DNA of 15,920 nucleotides from Paraphysomonas bandaiensis (taxonomy: Eukaryota; Protista; Chrysophyceae): positions 1 through 15,920 of the forward strand of contig CBFFRP010000483.1 of NCBI GenBank assembly GCA_965644295.1, in the 5' to 3' direction. The position numbers and the translations under genes were made by a program. The notes under the pieces are model-generated. The model searched no databases. It saw only the letters and a program-made list of their open reading frames with translations, and had not been told where the DNA came from. Shown here one piece after another: positions 1 through 7,016 of the stretch. The stretch's first letter is position 1. Each line of letters opens with the position of its first letter.

Positions 1-462
1 TACAATGTTACATTAGACGAATTAAATAAAGTTTCTGAATCTTTACATTGGGTTCATGAATTAGATGAATATGATGATGGCCCTGATGTAGAATATAATA
101 TTAAAGATACAATTAAAAAACGTTGCAATCAAAGTGATAAACACAGTGATCAGTGTAATCAAAGTGATAAACACAGTGATCAGTGTAATCAAAGTGATAA
201 ACACAGTGATCAGTGTAATCAAAGTGATAAACACAGTGATCAGTGTAATCAAAGTGATAAACACAGTGATCAGTGTAATAATACTAATACTATTACAAGC
301 GCTATTAAAAAGCTTAGCTATAAAAAAAGCAATGAAACAGACGAAGATACAGATGAAGATACAGATGAAGATACAGATGAAGATGATGATGAAGATGAAA
401 CACCCCGTGCAAGTCACGAGACAGTGAAAAACATAATGAAAACTTTTAATATAAATATTTAA
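1..462 (+). CDS. 5'-partial hypothetical protein (C-terminus) with a 10-aa tandem repeat and an acidic tract
   Basis: Frame 1 is open from base 1 to TAA 460-462: YNVTLDELNKVSESLHWVHELDEYDDGPDVEYNIKDTIKKRC(NQSDKHSDQC)x5 NNTNT...(TDED)x4...NINI*. It is missing from the ORF track because the start lies upstream of the window. Confidence 0.75.
   Translation, partial: YNVTLDELNKVSESLHWVHELDEYDDGPDVEYNIKDTIKKRCNQSDKHSDQCNQSDKHSDQCNQSDKHSDQCNQSDKHSDQCNQSDKHSDQCNNTNTITSAIKKLSYKKSNETDEDTDEDTDEDTDEDDDEDETPRASHETVKNIMKTFNINI
127..276 (+). repeat. 30-bp coding tandem repeat, 5 perfect copies
   Basis: AATCAAAGTGATAAACACAGTGATCAGTGT at 127, 157, 187, 217 and 247. Confidence 0.97.
337..399 (+). repeat. 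12-bp coding repeat ACAGATGAAGAT (TDED) x4 plus GAT/GAA run
   Basis: Direct reading; the first copy has one mismatch. Confidence 0.9.
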
Positions 463-490
463 AAAATTAATATATAAATATATATTAATG
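456..490 (+). promoter_or_regulatory. Conserved upstream motif TATTTAAAAAATTAATATATA-n-TATATATTA-ATG (copy 1)
   Basis: Near-identical to 744-777; both copies end at an ORF start codon. Confidence 0.65.
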
Positions 491-742
491 AGAGATAAAT
501 TTATAGTAGAAATATATGATAATAATAATAATCTGATTACATCACAAAACTTTACATCCTATAAGGCAATAGCTCAGGAATACGATATACAATATTCAGA
601 AGCTAGAAAACTTAATGCTTTATGTGAGTCACGTACAACATGTAAATACTTACATCCATCATTAAAGCGACTGATTAACAGAATAAAAATTTATGATATT
701 AATAATATAGATAGTTATAATATTAAAAAAATAAAAATTTAA
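488..742 (+). CDS. Small putative DNA-binding protein with a NUMOD1/IENR1-like helix-turn-helix pattern
   Basis: VEIYDNNNNLITSQNFTSYKAIAQEYDI resembles the NUMOD1 pattern V-x-x-YD-x-x-GN-L-I-x-x-F-x-S-x-x-x-A by eye. The conserved motif precedes it. Confidence 0.6.
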   Translation: MRDKFIVEIYDNNNNLITSQNFTSYKAIAQEYDIQYSEARKLNALCESRTTCKYLHPSLKRLINRIKIYDINNIDSYNIKKIKI

Positions 743-743
743 T

Positions 744-777
744 TATTTAAAAAATTAATATATAGTATATATTAATG
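744..777 (+). promoter_or_regulatory. Conserved upstream motif (copy 2)
   Basis: TATTTAAAAAATTAATATATAGTATATATTAATG ending at ATG 775. Confidence 0.65.
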
Positions 778-1110
778 GACAAATATAAATTTTATAAGAT
801 TGATGAGAAGGACTTTAAAAACTCAGTTGAAATTACGACTAGATTTAGACACAGAAAGAAAGGGAAAGAATTAGATGTACCCGATATGCACTTTTTATAT
901 AATATGGTTGAGGAAAATCTTCCCGAAGACGCAAATATAATGGTTAGAGCGTTAAACGGTCACAGATACTTTACATTTAAAGGGTATACTAGTTACCAGC
1001 TGAACGTTCAGGATTTTGATGACTATTATAAAAACTCAGTCAAGAATACTGAGAAATTTGAGAAGTTTGAATTTATTGATATAACTGTTTTCATGGACAA
1101 GGAAAAATAA
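775..1110 (+). CDS. Hypothetical 111-aa virus-like protein
   Basis: Clean ATG-TAA ORF in AT-rich DNA with globular composition, preceded by the conserved motif. Confidence 0.75.
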   Translation: MDKYKFYKIDEKDFKNSVEITTRFRHRKKGKELDVPDMHFLYNMVEENLPEDANIMVRALNGHRYFTFKGYTSYQLNVQDFDDYYKNSVKNTEKFEKFEFIDITVFMDKEK

Positions 1111-1935
1111 ATAATTAAAAAATTAAAAAATTAAATATTTAAAAAATAATATAGTTGGAGTATGAGCTCCGTCGCTTCTCTTCATTCCTCTTCATTCCAT
1201 TATGTACTGCGTACTTGCGTACTTCCACACTGTCCATAGGTACGATCATGTAGGTACATGTACGGTTACACATTGTACATAGGTACGATGATGCGTGCAT
1301 ACGTACGATGGTATCAGTTACACGTACGATGGTTGAGTTTGTGTCTAGATAGTTCATTCTACATCTCACTTAATTATAATATATATAATTATGTTCGATT
1401 GCTTCCTCTCGCTAGCACATCACTTGTTGACTTGGTAGCGGATGATTCCGTTTTACCTTCCTTTCTTTCACTATGGCTTGTTGCTTCTTATACAGCCAAT
1501 ATCACGTAACGTATTCATTGACCCGTTAACGTTCTTTTATACGGTTGTCTCGGTTTGTTGTTGACGTTCGTGTGAAGCATTTTTGATTCAGCAGCCTCTG
1601 TGCATGCTTCTATATGCTTCTATGTGGATATCTATACATATACCACTTCTATATATGAAATTAAGGAGATGACAGTGTATATACTAATGCACATGATACA
1701 TACATATACAGTGATATACATACATATACAGTGATATATACATACATATACAGTACTATACATGCATATACAGTGATATACATACATATACAGTGATATA
1801 CATACATATACAGTGATATACATACATATACAGTGATATACATACATATACAGTGATATACATACATATACAGTGATATACATACATATACAGTGCTAAG
1901 AGGGCTCATGTGATGTCATTGTTGTTGTTTTATAG

Positions 1936-2034
1936 TATGGTCGTACAGCTCTTCTCTTGGCTGCCTCTGGAGGTCACAGAGATACATGTGAATATCTCAT
2001 AAGCAAAGGAGCAGATATCACTATAGGAGGCAGA
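1936..2034 (+). CDS. Ankyrin exon 1: YGRTALLLAASGGHRDTCEYLISKGADITIGGR
   Basis: TATAG| 99 nt |GTAAGT; matches the ankyrin consensus G-x-T-A/P-L-H-x-A-A-x-x-G-H...L-x-x-G-A-D. Confidence 0.92.
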
Positions 2035-5000
2035 GTAAGTAACCCCCCTATACATACATATACAGTGATATACGTACATATACAGTGATATACATACATA
2101 TACAGTGCTAAGAGGGCTCATGTGATGTCATTGTTATTGTTTTATAGGATGGTTCTACAGCTCTTCACGAGGCTGCCTCTAATGGTCACAGAGATACATG
2201 TGAATATCTCATCAGCGAAGGAGCAGATATCACTATAGGAGACAATGTAAGTAACCCCTCTATACATACATATACAGTGATATACATACATATACAGTGA
2301 TATACATGCATATACAGTGATATACATACATATACAGTGCTAAGATATTTTTTATAGGATGGTTCTACAGCTCTTCACAAGGCTGCCTCTGGAGGTCACA
2401 GAGATACATGTGAATATCTCATCAGCGAAGGAGCAGATATCACTATAAGAGACGATGTAAGTAACCCCCCTATACATACATATACAGTGATATACATGCA
2501 TATACAGTGCGAAGAGGGCTCATGTGATGTCATTGTTGTTGTTTTATAGGATGGTTGGACAGCTCTTCACTATGCTGCTCGTAAAGGTCACAGAGATACA
2601 TGTGAATATCTCATCAGCAAAGGAGCAGATATCACTATAAGAGACACTGTAAGTAACCCCCCTATACATACATATACAGTGATATACATGCATATACAGT
2701 GATATACATACATATACAGTGATATACATACATATACAGTGATATACATACATATACAGTGATATACATACATATACAGTGCTAAGAGGGCTCATGTGAT
2801 GTCATTGTTGTTGGTTTATAGAGGGGTTCTACAGCTCTTCACTATGCTGCTCGTAAAGGTCACAGAGATACATGTGAATATCTCATCAGCAAAGGAGCAG
2901 ATATCACTATAAGAGACAATGTAAGTAACCCCCCTATACATACATATACAGTGATATACATACATATACAGTGATATACATGCATATGCAGTGCTAAGAG
3001 GGCTCATGTGATGTCATTGTTGTTGGTTTATAGAGGGGTTGGACAGCTCTTCACGAGGCTGCCTCTGGAGGTCACAGAGATACATGTGAATATCTCATCA
3101 GCAAAGGAGCAGATATCACTATAGGAGACACTGTAAGTAACCCCCGTATACATACATATACAGTGATATACATACATATACAGTGATATACATACATATA
3201 CAGTGATATACATGCATATACAGTGATATACATACATATACAGTGCTAAGAGGGCTCATGTGATGTTATTGTTGTTGTTTTATAGGATGGTTCTACAGCT
3301 CTTCACGAGGCTGCCTCTGGAGGTCACAGAGATACATGTGAATATCTCATCAGGGAAGGAGCAGATGTCACTATAAGAAACGATGTAAGTAACCCCCCTA
3401 TACATACATATACAGTGATATACATACATATACAGTGATATACATACATATACAGTGATATACATACATATACAGTGATATACATACATATACAGTGATA
3501 TACATGCATATACATACACAGTGCTAAGAGGTCATATATAAGTATGCGTATTTTTTGTACTTCACTGACTCATCATGTGAAGACGGTATCTAGATATGAA
3601 TATGCGACGATGCACAGTGCCGCTTCTTTATGATGCTTATTGTTTTGCAGGATGGAGAGACTCCTGTGGACTCGGCAGAAGATGATGAGACGCGTAATGT
3701 CATCAGAAGGGCACATGTTAGTATGCGTGCTGTATGCTTGTTTCTTGTTCGTAGACCCAGAGAGATGACCTCATTGGACCATATGTGCATTGTATAGGCT
3801 GAGAGACAGAGACGGAGGCAGCAAGAGGAGGAGGAAGCTGCTGCAGAGGTATGTGTGTGATGATGATGTGGTTCTATGGTATGATATGTTTGTGTGCCCT
3901 TGACTGCGACCATATATGTATGTGTATAGTTGGCACAGCTGTTAAGGTGAGTAGCACCCACTTATATATGTGCTCAAGCTTCTATATGTGCCACAGAAGC
4001 TGCATTCGAACGAGGTGTTCATATGGCTGCGGAAAATATTTGCCGGTATGACTACAGCATCAACTCCCTTATTCTGATGTCGTTACTCATAGTATTTTTG
4101 CACACATATATTATATGTACTATTATAGGCAGGTGTATATATATGTGCAGTTATATTATGTATACAAGAAGTAACATATAATACTGCTGTGATCACTTGT
4201 AGGCACAAGCATTGACGCCAAGTCGGTGTTCGACAAATTGACAGAAGCACACTTTGATAGCATGGCCATCATTGGGGATAGTGCTAAATATTTGATGGAG
4301 AATAATGGTAGCGAGCTTAAAGTGATGGGCATAACGAACTTGGCTGTCCGTGTCCGACTCATGACGGGCTTAAAAGAGCTTTGCCCTCCCCCCCTGTCTC
4401 CGCCCTCTCCGGTATCCTCTCCTACCTCCCTTTATCGTGTGTCGTCGGGTGAAATTATTGAGAATATACAGCCATTGACTGCGACATCAGCAAGGAGAGG
4501 AGTGTGTATTGGTAACCTTCTGGGTGGCATGTTCTCTGGTAACTTCGTCCATAAAAACTTATACGGTCAATTCGAGAAACATGAAGTCATCATCAAGACC
4601 AATGGACGACAACGAGACTTGCAGCGGGAGTTGCAAAACTTTGCCCTGCTGTTGAAAGCAGGAACAGCCACAGGGTGTGTGCATGTGTACGGGGGTTGTG
4701 GAGAGGGACTTTGCCAGTATATTGTAATGGAGCGCCTCGAGTTTGATTTACGCGTCGTAATAGACCAAGACTACGCCTGGGCAAAGTACGACTGGGTGAA
4801 TCAGTTGGTTTTGGCCTTAAAGGAATTGCATGCATGTGGTTTATGCCACCTGGACCTCAAACCTGCTAATGTGTTGATCGGAGGCAACCAATTGAAATTC
4901 TGTGATTTGGATTGTTCTAGAAGGTTTCGCTGTGTGAATGACCTTGATGGGCCAGAGCTGTGTCGCTGCGATGACAGCACCCCCCCTAAGCTGATATTCT

Positions 5001-6455
5001 CTCAGCCATGGGTGAGTCCCGATGTTTATAACGGCAGTCCAGGTTTGCTCGTAGCCGACCCTGCCATTGATATATTTACTGCCGGGCTGCTGGTGGCGGC
5101 ACTGCTGAATAAAACCGACCCACGACGGCAGGATGTGCTCCCATGGCAAGAGGAGGCGCTCTTAACTAGAGCACTTTCATCCGATGAAACATACCTGAGA
5201 GGTTTACTCGCAGCCAAGATGAAAGGCATCAACAGGGGGTACGTCGACATGGTATTTGCAATGTGCAGGTTCAACCCTGCCGAGAGACCCACGGCTGCTG
5301 AGGTGGTGGACCAGATTGCGGATCTAGGATTCACTCGAGCCCATCGCAAAGACCAAGAGACACTTCATCACGTTCAAAGGGAGAATAAGTTCTTGCGACA
5401 TGATGTGATAGAGCGACTGTCTTCCCTACATGAGCAGTGGGCGGAGTCCATTCAGTCGGTGATTGCGAACAACAATCAATTTCAGCAGAAAATTGAGCAA
5501 TTTGAAGATAAGCGCTCGAGAATGCAAGCTGAGGATGCAGCTCGGGCGGAGGCGACTCAACAAAGCATTATCCAATTGACCGATGCGATGAGAGATATGC
5601 AGGGAAACCCGTCGTTAGTAGGTGCCCTGGATGCACTCTCTGCACAAATGGACTCTCTACACAATAGCCTCGCACAGTTGTTGAGAGGCACTCACACCAT
5701 CCCCACCCTCATGATTGTCCTTCCTGAAATCAAAGATCAATCGATGACGGGATATCTGCGCAGAGGGGTAACTCGAGTTTTCACTCAGAAGTACACCCTC
5801 TTCTTCCTCTGCAGCCACACCCGCGGCATCGCCCCTTGTGGGCCAAATGGAAAAGGTGATGAGGACTATAATATATACATGTGCATGCTTGTTGGTGCTG
5901 GTTATATATATATACATATATACGTTATTACATACGTGTTTGTCTGTGTGACATGTTACATATTACACATGTGTCTGAACTCTGTGCTGTAAAGGCTACC
6001 CTATCAAAGTCTATCGGGAGTGGCTAATAAAAGCCGGTCCTGTGCTGAAGCTCGGTCTAGTGCTCCTGAAGCTCGCCCTGTCATTAGTGGGGGGCATCCC
6101 TCTACCAGGTGTGATTGAGGCTTTGGGCACTGACCTGGATGTCCACAAGCGCTATGTGGATAAGGCGCTCTCTCTGGTCAACATGCCAGATAAGATAGAG
6201 GAGATTACGGAAGAGAAACTGGATAGTGTGGTGGATGCAGAGGACCCTACTGAGATGCTGAAGCAGATCGATGCCTCCACCGAGGACAGCAGACTGGCGT
6301 ATGAAACCATTAGGGAGTTACTGGAGAAAAGAGAGGGATACAACATAGCCACGACCTGTGGTCTGCGGCAAGTGGTGTGTCGCAATGGCAAGTGCGGGTG
6401 GGTCCTCAACAAGGACGACGTGCAGAAGGCATATGAAGACGCCAACAGTTTTTAA
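1936..6455 (+). CDS. Spliced gene: ankyrin repeats (7 + cap) - SAM - protein kinase - coiled coil - hydrophobic C-terminal domain; about 990 aa, start codon not identified
   Basis: Exon model, all introns GT-AG and frame-consistent: 1936-2034, 2148-2246, 2358-2456, 2550-2648, 2822-2920, 3034-3132, 3286-3384, 3651-3716, 3798-3848, 3997-4045, 4203-5855, 5995-6455. It joins ORF-track entries 4226.. and 6042.. in frame. Confidence 0.8.
2148..2246 (+). CDS. Ankyrin exon 2: DGSTALHEAASNGHRDTCEYLISEGADITIGDN
   Basis: TATAG| 99 nt |GTAAGT. Confidence 0.93.
2358..2456 (+). CDS. Ankyrin exon 3: DGSTALHKAASGGHRDTCEYLISEGADITIRDD
   Basis: TATAG| 99 nt |GTAAGT. Confidence 0.93.
2550..2648 (+). CDS. Ankyrin exon 4: DGWTALHYAARKGHRDTCEYLISKGADITIRDT
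   Basis: TATAG| 99 nt |GTAAGT. Confidence 0.93.
2822..2920 (+). CDS. Ankyrin exon 5: RGSTALHYAARKGHRDTCEYLISKGADITIRDN
   Basis: TATAG| 99 nt |GTAAGT. Confidence 0.93.
3034..3132 (+). CDS. Ankyrin exon 6: RGWTALHEAASGGHRDTCEYLISKGADITIGDT
   Basis: TATAG| 99 nt |GTAAGT. Confidence 0.93.
3286..3384 (+). CDS. Ankyrin exon 7: DGSTALHEAASGGHRDTCEYLIREGADVTIRND
   Basis: TATAG| 99 nt |GTAAGT. Confidence 0.93.
3651..3716 (+). CDS. Ankyrin C-cap exon: DGETPVDSAEDDETRNVIRRAH
   Basis: TTTTGCAG| ... |GTTAGT, phase 0; G-x-T-P-x-D-x-A capping pattern. Confidence 0.85.
3798..3848 (+). CDS. Charged helical linker exon: AERQRRRQQEEEEAAAE
   Basis: TATAG| ... |GTATGT, phase 0. Confidence 0.75.
3997..4045 (+). 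CDS. Exon encoding the start of a SAM domain: KLHSNEVFIWLRKIFA(G)
   Basis: CACAG| ... G|GTATGA. EVxxWL matches SAM helix 1, and phase 1 fits the acceptor at 4202/4203. Confidence 0.65.
4203..5855 (+). CDS. Large exon: rest of SAM domain, Pro/Ser linker, protein kinase domain, coiled coil, start of C-terminal domain
   Basis: SAM-like ELKVMGITNLAVRVRLMTGLKEL. Kinase motifs VIIK, RELQN, IVME, HLDLKPANVL, KFCDLD, WVSPD, DIFTAG and NPAERPTA. Q/E-rich heptads at about 5400-5690. Confidence 0.88.
5995..6455 (+). CDS. Last exon of the ANK-SAM-kinase gene
   Basis: The AAG| acceptor in phase 1 gives PCGPNGK-G-YPIKVYREWLIKAGPVLKLGLVLLKLALSLVGGIPLPG..., in frame with ORF 6042..6455. Confidence 0.8.
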
Positions 6456-6827
6456 GTAGTGCGTGGCAATACACATACCACCGCCGTGAAGATAATACAT
6501 ACATGTAGCTGTTATCTGTTGTGTGTACGAATAACTTGTGTCTTGTGTAAGTGTGTTCGACAGTCAGTGAACCTACTAGTATGGGAGGGTTTGCGTTGTG
6601 CTCTGTTCCCCATCAGTGCATCATCCAACACAACATGTGTATATTCTGTCAACTTTTGTCATATTTGGATGGTGAAATAACGTTACGCAGACAATAGTCA
6701 ATCAGTAAATTATAATCAATATATGTCTCATCATTCGTTGGTATTAATAACTATTGTTCTTAATTGTACACAGTACTGAGTGAATTATTCTAGGAGAGTT
6801 ATAGTAAAATTGAGATGTTGTATGTTG

Positions 6828-7016
6828 TGTTGAGATCTGAAGATTCTATATACTTGCAATTGAGTGCAGTATTATGTGAGATGCAAGGATCGAAAGATAT
6901 ATATGTAATTAGTACATTATATTGTGTAGTATGAAACTGAAGTAGAAGTGGGTGACTATACAGGATACGATCACTGAGTGTGTGGTTTGTACACTATAGT
7001 AGTAAATGAATGGTGT
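6828..7016 (+). repeat. 5' LTR (189 bp, lacking the last 6 nt)
   Basis: Identical by eye to 9451-9639; starts TGTTG. Confidence 0.93.

Larger units (their letters stand above)
1..1155 (+). mobile_element. AT-rich virus-like segment (candidate endogenous Polinton-like virus / virophage / dsDNA virus fragment), running off the left edge
   Basis: Three closely packed, co-oriented, intron-less ORFs with very AT-rich codons and short intergenic gaps. The same motif lies upstream of two ATGs. Composition changes abruptly near 1155. No capsid, ATPase or polymerase hallmark gene is in the window, so the class is inferred. Confidence 0.55.
1696..3520 (+). repeat. Intronic 20-bp minisatellite GATATACATACATATACAGT in every intron of the ankyrin exon array
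   Basis: About 10 units before exon 1. Full internal units per intron are 2, 3, 1, 5, 2, 4 and about 5. Intron lengths are 113, 111, 93, 173, 113, 153 and 266. Confidence 0.95.

Noticed and set aside
61-427. ORFs 61..417 (-) and 134..427 (+)
   Set aside because: Alternative frames of the 30-bp and 12-bp repeats; frame 1 (1-462) is the coherent coding frame.
1936-3384. CRISPR-like repeat-spacer appearance
   Set aside because: Units are exon plus intron duplicates with GT-AG sites, there are no unique spacers or cas genes, and the context is eukaryotic.
1632-3519. Many minus-strand ORFs (MYITVYVCISL...) in the ORF track
   Set aside because: They are translations of the 20-bp minisatellite and the antisense of the ankyrin exons; the real coding is spliced on the + strand.
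5856-5994. C-terminal tail of ORF 4226..5992 (DEDYNIYMCML...)
   Set aside because: Read-through into a TA-rich GT-AG intron; splicing restores a continuous motif with the last exon.
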